In this document: in pieces, positions 8,201 through 17,150 of the stretch
Position numbering within the stretch: the first letter of the stretch is position 1
How the letters are laid out: each line of letters opens with the position of its first letter
Source of the DNA: a virus
Taxonomy: Duplodnaviria; Caudoviricetes
Reading direction: 5' to 3' (one strand)
DNA length: 64,000 bases
IMG/VR virus record: IMGVR_UViG_3300034062_005355
Made by a program: the position numbers and the translations under genes
Notes under the pieces: model-generated
Databases searched by the model: none
The model's input: the letters and a program-made list of their open reading frames with translations, nothing else
Told to the model about the DNA's origin: nothing

Positions 8201-8659
8201 ATGGAAAAAATTTTAATTGATATTGAAGAAGAAATTTTAACAATTCCTTATGCCCATTTTGAAGACTGGGATATGTTGCAAGTATTCTTGAAAAGAAGAA
8301 AAAATCCTCCTTATAGAATAAGTGATAATTTGGATTTGGCAGGATCTTCGGTTGAATCTCTTGGAAACCTTGAATCGGTTGGTGGGTGGTTGAGTTTGGA
8401 GAAAACTAATATTAAATCTCTTGGAAATCTTGAATCGGTTGGAGGTAGTTTGTTTTTGTGTGATTCTTCAATTAAATCTCTTGGAAACCTTGAATCGGTT
8501 GGAGGTAACTTGGATTTGAGAGGAACTTCAATTAAATCTCTTGGAAACCTTGAATCTGTTGGAGGTAGTTTGTATTTGTATAGAACTCCAATCTCCAAAA
8601 AATATACCAGAGAAGAAATTAGATCGATGGTTAATCTTGGAGGTGATGTATATTTGTAG
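8201..8659 (+). CDS. Leucine-rich-repeat-like protein (SLGNLESVGG repeats)
   Basis: Four 22-aa/66-bp tandem repeats; promoter 8169-8176. Confidence 0.85.
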   Translation: MEKILIDIEEEILTIPYAHFEDWDMLQVFLKRRKNPPYRISDNLDLAGSSVESLGNLESVGGWLSLEKTNIKSLGNLESVGGSLFLCDSSIKSLGNLESVGGNLDLRGTSIKSLGNLESVGGSLYLYRTPISKKYTREEIRSMVNLGGDVYL

Positions 8660-8775
8660 TTATGAAATACATTGAAACATATATTGATGGAGTTTTTGTG
8701 TGGCACGTATTTGAAATAATAAAATAATTTTTGTGGATGTTGTAATATATTTGGGGAATTGATTATCTTTGTATC

Positions 8776-8934
8776 ATGAATAAAGAATTATTTACAGCAG
8801 AACAAATGATCGAATTCGCTAATTGGTTTAGTGAGGTCTCAGAAAAAGAATTAAACTCATATAGAGATATGTTGAAGCAGAAAGAAGAACAACAATATCA
8901 ATTATACTTAACCTTAAAAGCCAAATACGAATAA
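8776..8934 (+). CDS. 52-aa hypothetical protein (not in ORF track)
   Basis: ATG 5 nt after TATCTTTG 8764-8771; abuts next gene. Confidence 0.7.
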   Translation: MNKELFTAEQMIEFANWFSEVSEKELNSYRDMLKQKEEQQYQLYLTLKAKYE

Positions 8935-8935
8935 T

Positions 8936-9598
8936 ATGAAAAACATACATTTATTACCAACAGATAAATCAAGATTGTATATACATCAAGGAAAGTTGTA
9001 TGACAATAAAAAAACAATGCATATACCAGATGGTGTACAAATACCTCACCACATCTACATCACTGAAGATTCAGAGATTAAAGAAGGAGATTGGATTATT
9101 TGGAATAAGAAAATTGTAAAAGCTATTGATACTGCTTACTACTCTGCTAAAAAAATAATCCTAACAACAGACCGAGACCTAATTGCAGACGGTGTACAAT
9201 CTATTGATGATACTTTTTTAGAATGGTTTGTAAAGAATCCAAGTTGTGAGAAGGTTGAGACTGAAAGGTTAGAAAATGGAAAATATGTTGATTGGCTTGC
9301 AGATGGTAGCGTAATTGAGGGGATTTACGAAAATTACAAAATCATTATCCCACAAGAAACAATTGAAGAGGCTGCTGATTTATGGGCAACAGACACCAAA
9401 AATGTACATCCTGCCGATAGTTATATTGCCAAACAAAGTTTTATTCAAGGCGCTAAATCGCAACAAGAACAAGACAAGAATAAGTATAGTGAAGAAGAAG
9501 TAATTGAATTATTACATAGTAGAATGAGATATACATTGGGTGAGGATTACAAAGAAATGACCACAATAGATTGGTTTGAACAATATAAAAAGAAATAA
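8936..9598 (+). CDS. Phage hypothetical protein
   Basis: ILTTDxDLIxDGVQxIDDxFLEWFVKNPSCE motif, which I recall from Bacteroidota phage proteins. Confidence 0.8.
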   Translation: MKNIHLLPTDKSRLYIHQGKLYDNKKTMHIPDGVQIPHHIYITEDSEIKEGDWIIWNKKIVKAIDTAYYSAKKIILTTDRDLIADGVQSIDDTFLEWFVKNPSCEKVETERLENGKYVDWLADGSVIEGIYENYKIIIPQETIEEAADLWATDTKNVHPADSYIAKQSFIQGAKSQQEQDKNKYSEEEVIELLHSRMRYTLGEDYKEMTTIDWFEQYKKK

Positions 9599-9599
9599 T

Positions 9600-9947
9600 A
9601 TGGAAAAATTGTTTTTCAATATGGTTGATTCAATGTGTGAGGGTTGTACTCTTTATAGAGACAAGAAGGGAGACTTATGGTTAATTGATACCAAAACAAA
9701 ACAATGGATTATACATTATTATCTTCCCACCAATTATGCCTGGTGGAACTATAGGTTCTTTGAAACAGTATATAAATTTCTATCTATGCATATTGATGAT
9801 AGGGGGCCAATTAAAAATTGGATTCAAACCAAAATGAATGTTGAGGTTGGATTATGTGAACCCAATATGTTACCAGGAAATTATGATTGGTCTGATGACT
9901 TTAAATTTGAAAAGGTTATTTCTGATGGGGAGGTTTTAAATTTTTAA
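9600..9947 (+). CDS. Hypothetical protein
   Basis: Operonic ORF, start re-called at 9600. Confidence 0.75.
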   Translation: MEKLFFNMVDSMCEGCTLYRDKKGDLWLIDTKTKQWIIHYYLPTNYAWWNYRFFETVYKFLSMHIDDRGPIKNWIQTKMNVEVGLCEPNMLPGNYDWSDDFKFEKVISDGEVLNF

Positions 9948-9950
9948 GTT

Positions 9951-10151
9951 ATGGATGCAGAATCACAATTAATAGAAATGTTGGATAACGAGTTTCAACT
10001 TGAAATTGCAAAACATATATATGAGGATTTTGGATATCATCCAAACATTGTTCAGGACTTGGTTACAGGTCTTAAACATAAGCTTGATACTGAATTTCAT
10101 CGTAAGGTAAGTGGACTTACTCATATGGATATTCATAACCCAAAAATATAA
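9951..10151 (+). CDS. Hypothetical protein
   Basis: Operonic ORF. Confidence 0.7.
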   Translation: MDAESQLIEMLDNEFQLEIAKHIYEDFGYHPNIVQDLVTGLKHKLDTEFHRKVSGLTHMDIHNPKI

Positions 10152-10154
10152 CTT

Positions 10155-10364
10155 ATGTGGACAGCTGACGCAATATTAAAACGTAGATTACATTTATCTA
10201 AAGATTATGAACACCCCGACCATATTCTTACTCTTGAAAAGGGGACCACGGTGACCATTACAAAAGGACGTGAACAGAAGTATTGTGTGTGGGGTCATTT
10301 TGGTCTATGGGACATTGATGAGACGTATATTGACGAAACAACAATTAAGATAATATCTAAGTAG
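10155..10364 (+). CDS. Hypothetical protein
   Basis: Operonic ORF. Confidence 0.7.
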   Translation: MWTADAILKRRLHLSKDYEHPDHILTLEKGTTVTITKGREQKYCVWGHFGLWDIDETYIDETTIKIISK

Positions 10365-10397
10365 GGGGAATAAATTCTTCTTTTTAACCAGTATGTT

Positions 10398-10431
10398 CCG
10401 CCGTTTCCGACCTTCGGTCGGTCCGAACTCC
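10398..10431 (+). repeat. Rearranged CCGAC hairpin element
   Basis: ccgacc-ttc-ggtcgg hairpin followed by ccgaactcc. Confidence 0.7.
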
Positions 10432-10493
10432 TTTGTTATATTGTCTCTTCATTTAGTGTCATCTTAAACAATGGTCGGGATATTTATTTGTAT

Positions 10494-10733
10494 ATGAAAT
10501 ATATCATCACAGAACAACAACAAGAAAATTTAATTTATGACTACTTGAATAAGTACATTGAGTCAGGTTGTGTCAAAATTAAAAAAGCTGGTAGATATAT
10601 GTCCGTTGATGTTGAAAGTCCAAGTTATTTTGAATGGAATGGATTTGATAGGTCTGATGCCTCTAAGATAAAAATATTTCTAAAAAAGAACTCATTCCAA
10701 TATGCGTTCGGAGATTACATCAAAGAATTTTAA
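10494..10733 (+). CDS. MKYIITE-family protein
   Basis: MKYIITEQQQ; TATTTAT 10481-10487. Confidence 0.85.
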   Translation: MKYIITEQQQENLIYDYLNKYIESGCVKIKKAGRYMSVDVESPSYFEWNGFDRSDASKIKIFLKKNSFQYAFGDYIKEF

Positions 10734-10737
10734 TAAC

Positions 10738-11154
10738 ATGAAAATCATCATAACCGAATCCAAAATGAATTCCACCATCTATAATTTTATAGATGAACTA
10801 TTTGCGTCAAAAGATGGGAATCCCGAAATTTTTAAACTTGACTCTTTTGATTCAGATGGAGCACCATTGATTGATGCATTTGATTTTGTGAATTCCGATT
10901 ATTATGGTGATGAGGGTTCAGATTACCTTTTTAGTTGGACAGGAAAAGAATATTATAAAACAATTTATGCTCAAGGTAATATAACCAAATTTGAATATGA
11001 AAGGATGATATTGGTATCACCTTTTGTTGAAATTATAGATAAAGATGCTATTGATTCTCTCAATGGTTATTTTGGTGATTTGTGGAAACCTGTATTCAAA
11101 CAATGGTTCAAAGATAAAACAGGATTGGATTATAAAACTTTAACTTTATATTGA
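10738..11154 (+). CDS. MKYIITE-family protein
   Basis: MKIIITESKM; C-terminal WFKDKTGL motif shared with paralogs. Confidence 0.85.
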   Translation: MKIIITESKMNSTIYNFIDELFASKDGNPEIFKLDSFDSDGAPLIDAFDFVNSDYYGDEGSDYLFSWTGKEYYKTIYAQGNITKFEYERMILVSPFVEIIDKDAIDSLNGYFGDLWKPVFKQWFKDKTGLDYKTLTLY

Positions 11155-11155
11155 T

Positions 11156-11482
11156 ATGAAATACATTATAACTGAGAGTAAAATGGAAAACATGATTAAG
11201 GAATATATTCTTAATGATGATAATGATGTTGTTGATGTTGAGTTTGGGACTCAGCGTATAATGTTAGGTTCAGGTCCAAATGAAAAGGGTGAAAGAATTG
11301 TGACACAAAAAATAATCATGGTAACCTTTGATAATGTTAAAAATAAAAAGACCTCAGGTGAATTAAGAGAAAGTACAAGAAAAATTGCAAAAACTCTTGA
11401 AGGTTTATTCGGGATTGATTTTAGAAGTTATGGTAGTGAGTGGGCTTTGAAATTCTATCAAATAAAAAAAGAAGAACTATAA
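11156..11482 (+). CDS. MKYIITE-family protein
   Basis: MKYIITESKM. Confidence 0.85.
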   Translation: MKYIITESKMENMIKEYILNDDNDVVDVEFGTQRIMLGSGPNEKGERIVTQKIIMVTFDNVKNKKTSGELRESTRKIAKTLEGLFGIDFRSYGSEWALKFYQIKKEEL

Positions 11483-11490
11483 CATGAAAT

Positions 11491-11826
11491 ATGCCGCCAA
11501 GAAGACGAAGATTATTAAAATATATTATGGATAAAGAAGAAGTAGAAAACGCAATTAATAAATTAATGTCATTAATTAAACCTGATGAGGTTACGGAAGT
11601 TGCGTTTGAATTACCACACTCATCACCAGATTCATTTACAATGAATGTGGTTTTTGTTGTACCTGATGAGTGGATTAAATCTATGGATGAATATGAACGT
11701 CCTTTGGCTCTTATCCATTTTGTTCAACATATAAGAAAACAAATTAAAAATTATTTGGGAATTAATATTGTTATTCCAAAAGGTGACAGTAGAATTGTTA
11801 AAGAAAGTGATTGGTATAAAATATGA
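11491..11826 (+). CDS. Hypothetical protein in MKYIITE array
   Basis: ORF; likely start MDKEEV; ATGA overlap downstream. Confidence 0.75.
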   Translation: MPPRRRRLLKYIMDKEEVENAINKLMSLIKPDEVTEVAFELPHSSPDSFTMNVVFVVPDEWIKSMDEYERPLALIHFVQHIRKQIKNYLGINIVIPKGDSRIVKESDWYKI

Positions 11827-12143
11827 AATACATTATAACAGAAAATAGATTAAACAATATTGTATTCAAATATTTGGATATGAAATATGGCGCTCTTGAA
11901 CAAAAAAAAGGAAAGTATAGTGATATTATTTTTGATTTTCCTGATGAAGAATATGGTATATTAGGATGGGAAAAATCAGGAAATTTATATGTTTTTCACA
12001 AATTAAGGGACGAAATTTCCAAATATTTTGGACTGGATAACAACGATTCCCTAAGGGTTATAGGTAAGTGGGTTGAAGATAGATACAATTTGAAGGTCAT
12101 AAACACCAATGGGCAAAGTATGTATTACCTCGCCCGTGGTTGA
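11823..12143 (+). CDS. MKYIITE-family protein
   Basis: MKYIITENRL; 3' end overlaps repeat array. Confidence 0.85.
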   Translation: MKYIITENRLNNIVFKYLDMKYGALEQKKGKYSDIIFDFPDEEYGILGWEKSGNLYVFHKLRDEISKYFGLDNNDSLRVIGKWVEDRYNLKVINTNGQSMYYLARG

Positions 12144-12240
12144 AGATAGATACAATTTGAAGGTCATAAACACCGTCCGGCTAGGGTTCCATCTTTGGTA
12201 ATATGTTGAAGATAGACACAATTTAAAGTTAATAATAACA
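12072..12240 (+). repeat. CRISPR-like mini-array: three 36-nt repeats, two unique spacers
   Basis: GTTGAAGATAGATACAATTTGAAGGTCATAAACACC identical at 12072 and 12139, degenerate at 12205; spacers 31 and 30 nt. Repeat is certain, CRISPR identity is not. Confidence 0.85.
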
Positions 12241-12596
12241 TGAAATACATAATAACAGAAAGTAAAATTAACAAATTTGTATCCAATTATTTGGATGGAC
12301 AAAAATGGTATACATGGGATATTGGAGATGGTGAATTTAATGTTGCCGATGAAGAATATGGAAAAGACATTATTCATTATAGAATCCAAGAATCAATTAC
12401 GGTTCCTGACCGTATGTTTGATTTAATTTATGTTGATGGTATGTTTGTTACAAGGTTATCCAAATTATTTGGTTTGGAGGCTGTTAGGGATGTTAATCCG
12501 TTAGTTGTTAATTGGTTTAATAAAAAATATAATAAAAACTTAAACAAAGACGATTGGGAGTGGATGGATGAAGAAGATGAAGAAGAAGATTTTTAA
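12240..12596 (+). CDS. MKYIITE-family protein
   Basis: MKYIITESKI. Confidence 0.85.
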   Translation: MKYIITESKINKFVSNYLDGQKWYTWDIGDGEFNVADEEYGKDIIHYRIQESITVPDRMFDLIYVDGMFVTRLSKLFGLEAVRDVNPLVVNWFNKKYNKNLNKDDWEWMDEEDEEEDF

Positions 12597-12599
12597 ACA

Positions 12600-12674
12600 A
12601 TGAAATACATTATAACAGAATCACAATATAAATTAAAAGGATGGGGGTTTTTTATTTATGGGGTATTTATGTAA
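12600..12674 (+). pseudogene. Truncated MKYIITE-family stub (24 aa)
   Basis: MKYIITESQYKLKG then runs into half-terminator ggatgggggtttttt. Confidence 0.6.
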
Positions 12675-12675
12675 T

Positions 12676-13920
12676 ATGAAAGTAACGATTAGCGAAAGCC
12701 AATTTATTAGAATGGTTAATAACTCAAAAGGGTGGGGGTTAATCGGTATTAACGAGGGCGGTAAACCAAAAAATACTTTAGAATATATTAAAGACCATAG
12801 TAATGAATTAGAATTAAAATATTTAGGAACGCAAGACGAAAAACTTAGTTATGGGATGACAGACTATAATTGGTTAGATAGAAATAATAAAGAATTGCGC
12901 GACAAAATTATGTTACACCAAAAAAATAAAAAGAAGAAAAAAGAACGGGACATAATAGAAAAAAAATATTTAGGAACTATAGATGGAAACCCTATTCCAG
13001 GATATAATGTTGTTGATACACTTAAGCAGGGTTCCGAGGATTATTATTGGCTTAAATATAATGACATACCTTTACGTGATAAAATTAAAAGTACAGAATA
13101 TTCTTTACTTGGAAAAGTACCTACATCAACAAGATACGTTTCAAGTGATATTAAAGACCATAGTAATGAATTAGAATTAAAATATTTAGGAACGCAAGAC
13201 GAAAAACTTGTTCCAAACTATAAAGTTGTTGATAAACTCACATATAACACTACAGATTATAGTTGGTTATCTAATTATAACATACCATTACGTGACAAAA
13301 TTATGTTATACCAAAAAAATAAAGATATTGAAATACGTAGTAATGATTTCCTCCAAAACTATAAAAAAAATAAGGAGTTTAATTATCTTATGACGGATTA
13401 TAAGTGGTTATGGTATAATAATCCAAACTTGTTTAAAAAAATTAGATTAGATTTTATAAAAAACCACCCTGAAAAACGTAAAGAAAGTATAGGGGAAAAA
13501 AATCTTAAAGACGTATTAAATAGTATGGGATTTACAGGTTTAATTCCTCAGTATAAATATGATGATTGTAGAGGGTCAAAATCTTGTCGTCAGTATATGT
13601 TTGATATATATTTACCATATACAGGTAAAAATATAGAAATTAATGGTAATATACCAAAAAATGGAGTTTTATTTGAATTTGACGGAGAAGGACATTTTAA
13701 ATCTATTAAAAGTTGGGGGGGTGATGATGGTTTATCAGAACGTATTTATAATGATGTATCAAAAAATGAATATACCAAAACTAAAGAAATTAAATTAATT
13801 AGAATTCCATATACCTCTAATAATAAAGAGTTTATTAAGAGCCAAATTATTGATGCACTTAATAACCCTAATCAATTAGTTTTAACTGGAAATTATCCCA
13901 AACTTGGGTGGAATAAATAA
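12676..13920 (+). CDS. Putative homing-type endonuclease (Vsr/DUF559-like PD-(D/E)xK C-terminus) with internal repeats
   Basis: FDIYLP, FEFDGEGHF, NDxxKNEY, IKLIRIPY; duplicated IKDHSNELELKYLGTQDEKL; MKVTISESQ start. Confidence 0.75.
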   Translation: MKVTISESQFIRMVNNSKGWGLIGINEGGKPKNTLEYIKDHSNELELKYLGTQDEKLSYGMTDYNWLDRNNKELRDKIMLHQKNKKKKKERDIIEKKYLGTIDGNPIPGYNVVDTLKQGSEDYYWLKYNDIPLRDKIKSTEYSLLGKVPTSTRYVSSDIKDHSNELELKYLGTQDEKLVPNYKVVDKLTYNTTDYSWLSNYNIPLRDKIMLYQKNKDIEIRSNDFLQNYKKNKEFNYLMTDYKWLWYNNPNLFKKIRLDFIKNHPEKRKESIGEKNLKDVLNSMGFTGLIPQYKYDDCRGSKSCRQYMFDIYLPYTGKNIEINGNIPKNGVLFEFDGEGHFKSIKSWGGDDGLSERIYNDVSKNEYTKTKEIKLIRIPYTSNNKEFIKSQIIDALNNPNQLVLTGNYPKLGWNK

Positions 13921-13942
13921 ACGACACCTTCAGTATAATATT

Positions 13943-13971
13943 AACCCCACCTCAAAAGGATGGGGTTTTTT
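13943..13971 (+). terminator. Rho-independent terminator (cccca...tgggg family)
   Basis: Hairpin plus T-tract; relatives at 15872, 17957, 18199, 29121. Confidence 0.8.
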
Positions 13972-14015
13972 GTTTTAAAATAATTTGTGTATCTTTGTGA
14001 CCTAAGAATACTAAT

Positions 14016-14321
14016 ATGAACATAGAAGAAAAAATGAAAATGGTTAGAGACTTGGTTTCTGACTTTATGGTTGAAAATGACAACCTAATTCCAATCCAAC
14101 ATAGACTTAACCCTGAAGACATTTCTCACATTAAAAATATTGCCACAAGTATTCTATGTACCAAATGGAATGTTGGATATCCTGGTGGTTCCTTTGTTCA
14201 AGCCGTTGTTGATAATAAATTAACTGAAGCATTTGGTAGGGCAGACTCGGTTAATCGTGATTGTATGTTATTCTATACCTCTTTAATGTCCAATGTCGGA
14301 AAACCATTATGTCTTTCATAG
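14016..14321 (+). CDS. Hypothetical protein
   Basis: TATCTTTG 13990-13997; GGSFVQAVVDNKLTEAFGRAD motif. Confidence 0.8.
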   Translation: MNIEEKMKMVRDLVSDFMVENDNLIPIQHRLNPEDISHIKNIATSILCTKWNVGYPGGSFVQAVVDNKLTEAFGRADSVNRDCMLFYTSLMSNVGKPLCLS

Positions 14322-14358
14322 ATGTATGGTTTTTTATTTAGTTAGGTATTTATAACTA

Positions 14359-15315
14359 ATGGATAAAACAATTAAACTTCTTGAAGAATTTCTTAAAGAT
14401 TACACAATGGAAGGAGCCTGTGGTTTTTGGGTGCAACCTGATGAAGAAGGTGGAGTGCCGTCAGTTTATATTGTATTGGATTTAGATTGGTTGAAGGAAA
14501 CCCAAACAAAACCTGGATTTATTGAACGAAGAATGAGACAAGGACTTAAAGAAGATATTAAAAATTGGACAGGTATTGAAGTTCCTTATGTTGGTTCCAC
14601 CGCAAAAAAATGTGGTAGTCTAAATGAAAATGTGTCAACGTATCTTCGTAGAAGATTGTCTTTAGAGGGTATGAAACAAGATATTGATAATCTTGTTGAT
14701 TATGAATTAAATCCATGTGAATTTTCGGATATTGGTGATTTTGTTGCTGAAGCCTGTGATATGTTGGCGCATAACTATCTTGAAGACCTACAAGTATCAT
14801 CTAAAGATAAAGATAAGTTCTATTTTGCACTTGTTGATTTATTTGGGAAACATCTTGTGAATGTATACAAACAAAGATGTGTAGAAGGACTAATGGAATC
14901 CAAAAAGAGAATTATTGTTACAGAATCTCAATATAAGAGGATATTTGAACAGAAAAAATCAAAAGTTGAGATGTTTCAAGACTTAATAAATGATAAGTTA
15001 GAAGATATTAGAAAAGAGTGTGATGATTTGGGATTTAATTTTGAGACTTGTAATGATGTTGATATGATTGAATCTATTAAAGTTGAAGGGGTGAATATGT
15101 TAACAGGTGACAGAACGGACATGAGTGGTAATAAGTATGTTTCAGAACCATCAATATACGTTAAACTCACAATTAATTATTCAAGTATTATCCCATCAAA
15201 GGATTTTGACGAAATTATTTATGATTTAAAATGGATGTTAAAAAAATCAACAGGTGGATTACCAATTGTATTGGATTATCAAATAAATAATTTGAACACA
15301 AATAAAGAGTGGTAG
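14359..15315 (+). CDS. Multi-module protein with internal IVTESQ motif
   Basis: TATTTAT 14347-14353; modules joined at LNE and IVTESQ. Confidence 0.85.
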   Translation: MDKTIKLLEEFLKDYTMEGACGFWVQPDEEGGVPSVYIVLDLDWLKETQTKPGFIERRMRQGLKEDIKNWTGIEVPYVGSTAKKCGSLNENVSTYLRRRLSLEGMKQDIDNLVDYELNPCEFSDIGDFVAEACDMLAHNYLEDLQVSSKDKDKFYFALVDLFGKHLVNVYKQRCVEGLMESKKRIIVTESQYKRIFEQKKSKVEMFQDLINDKLEDIRKECDDLGFNFETCNDVDMIESIKVEGVNMLTGDRTDMSGNKYVSEPSIYVKLTINYSSIIPSKDFDEIIYDLKWMLKKSTGGLPIVLDYQINNLNTNKEW

Positions 15316-15367
15316 TTAATTTGAATTATTAAAATTTATTTCTTATTATTTTAGAAATAAACAACAC

Positions 15368-15634
15368 ATGGAAGACCAATTATCATTAACTGTAACAATC
15401 AAACCAAATGACGGTAATGTTTCCGTTTTTATTACATACCCCCAAGAACAACAAAAAATATCTTTGTTGGAAATGTCTCAGATTCTAACAGGTGGAATTT
15501 CATTAATAATTAAGTTAGCCAGCAATGATAAAGAGGACGTTAAAGATTATGAAATTATGAATAGAGTAATTAAACAACTTAACGAAGATTTTATATCAAC
15601 TCAATCATTCGAAGATGCGAAAAGAATAGATTAG
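15368..15634 (+). CDS. Hypothetical protein
   Basis: ORF track. Confidence 0.75.
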   Translation: MEDQLSLTVTIKPNDGNVSVFITYPQEQQKISLLEMSQILTGGISLIIKLASNDKEDVKDYEIMNRVIKQLNEDFISTQSFEDAKRID

Positions 15635-15686
15635 TTAATATAAACTAACTATTTATATTCCATAATCCTAAATTACATTAAGACAC

Positions 15687-15887
15687 ATGGAAAAAATAAT
15701 AACTAGAACGATTCGTTTCTTGGATAGAAAAATCGTAATGAAGCCAATTGAAGGTAAAGGGTTAGTAGAAACATGGACAACATCACCTCCAATTGATGGA
15801 TTAATAACACAATTTATAAAATACAAAGGTGTTTTTTACTATCTTGTTTTGAGTGTAGATAAATCACTGCCAAGCCCATCTTTATAA
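15687..15887 (+). CDS. Hypothetical protein
   Basis: ORF track; terminator at 3' end. Confidence 0.65.
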   Translation: MEKIITRTIRFLDRKIVMKPIEGKGLVETWTTSPPIDGLITQFIKYKGVFYYLVLSVDKSLPSPSL

Positions 15888-15929
15888 GGTGGGTTTTTTA
15901 TTTTAACGTATTTTTATTATACTTGTTTG

Positions 15930-16184
15930 ATGAAGAAAGAGATTATAAAATTTATTGAAAACAAATTTAGTTTTCCTTATCTGTATTACGATAAAGCTGA
16001 ACAGACTTGGTATAACGAATTTTTTTTGTATGATATTAAAAGTGAAACTATATTTGTTTCAGATATTGTTAAATCAGAATTATGGAAACGATTTGGTAAA
16101 GATTTTATTGGAAACATTTTTTTTGAGGTAGTATCGGAGTGGTTTAAAATTTCACACAAATATCCTGTAAAAGAAGTTATATAG
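15930..16184 (+). CDS. Hypothetical protein
   Basis: ORF; EWFK...YPVKEV C-terminus like MKYIITE paralogs. Confidence 0.7.
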   Translation: MKKEIIKFIENKFSFPYLYYDKAEQTWYNEFFLYDIKSETIFVSDIVKSELWKRFGKDFIGNIFFEVVSEWFKISHKYPVKEVI

Positions 16185-16229
16185 TTTTTTTATCAGTAAT
16201 TTTTCCTATACTTTATAAAAAGTATTGTT

Positions 16230-16673
16230 ATGGAAAATATAGTTACATGGGACTTCATGGGTTGGAAAGAAAATAACGAACCTGAAGTTGGTTTACAATT
16301 AAAATGGAATAAAACATTATTAGAAAAATTCACTCAGGTTTCAGCACAAATAAATAGAAATTCTTTAAGAGGTGGTGCAGATACTATTACAATGTATCCA
16401 TCACTTGAAGGATTACTTCACCCTGATTATTATGATAATCATAAAAAAATTTTGATGGGTGGTTATAATGTGGTTCTTGATGAAACAATGGACAAATATG
16501 CTATTGAACTTAAGAACCTTAGACTCCTTGAGGATTTAAAAGTTATTCCTGATTTATTAACACCAGGTGAGGTTAACCTAAAACGAATTGAAGACTGTAC
16601 TGAAGAACAAGTGGTTAACTATATTGAAGGGTTAATGGGATTTGTATTAATTGAAAACCTAATTGTAAACTAA
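16230..16673 (+). CDS. Hypothetical protein
   Basis: ORF track. Confidence 0.75.
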   Translation: MENIVTWDFMGWKENNEPEVGLQLKWNKTLLEKFTQVSAQINRNSLRGGADTITMYPSLEGLLHPDYYDNHKKILMGGYNVVLDETMDKYAIELKNLRLLEDLKVIPDLLTPGEVNLKRIEDCTEEQVVNYIEGLMGFVLIENLIVN

Positions 16674-16674
16674 C

Positions 16675-16860
16675 ATGATAACAACTATTAATATTGAAGG
16701 AAAAGATTATAAGGTTACTGATGAGCAACCAATTGAATCTACAGAAGAATTGGTTTTTGAGTTAAGAAACTATAGTGATAAAGAAAATACATTTGTTATT
16801 GGATGTTTTGATGACTTACTAGGGTCTCCAATTAAAAAAGTGTGGAAGATTATAGAATAG
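16675..16860 (+). CDS. Hypothetical protein
   Basis: ORF track. Confidence 0.7.
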   Translation: MITTINIEGKDYKVTDEQPIESTEELVFELRNYSDKENTFVIGCFDDLLGSPIKKVWKIIE

Positions 16861-16895
16861 ACTTATATTTATAATTGATAGAAAATATTAAAAAA

Positions 16896-17147
16896 ATGTC
16901 AAAAATAATAAGATTAACTGAGTCCGAAATGGTTACTTTAATTGAGAAAGTAATTAAAGAACAATATGATTCAAAAAAACTTTACAATAGAGAACACATA
17001 GTTAATCGAGTTAAAAATGGCCCAAAAGAGTTAAAGAAATATATTAGGGAATTACCGTATATAGATTGTTCTGATGGTCAAGGTAATTCACATGTTTGTA
17101 CTACAATACCTGAAGTAATTCATGTCTTTTTATCAGGTAGATATTGA
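16896..17147 (+). CDS. IRLTE-type N-terminal motif protein
   Basis: MSKIIRLTESEM; TATTTAT 16866-16872. Confidence 0.8.
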   Translation: MSKIIRLTESEMVTLIEKVIKEQYDSKKLYNREHIVNRVKNGPKELKKYIRELPYIDCSDGQGNSHVCTTIPEVIHVFLSGRY

Positions 17148-17150
17148 AAT

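Noticed and set aside
8311-8706. Minus-strand repeat ORF
   Set aside because: Antisense of the LRR-like gene, which has the promoter.
12072-12240. Diversity-generating retroelement template/variable repeats
   Set aside because: No reverse transcriptase in the window and differences are not adenine-specific.
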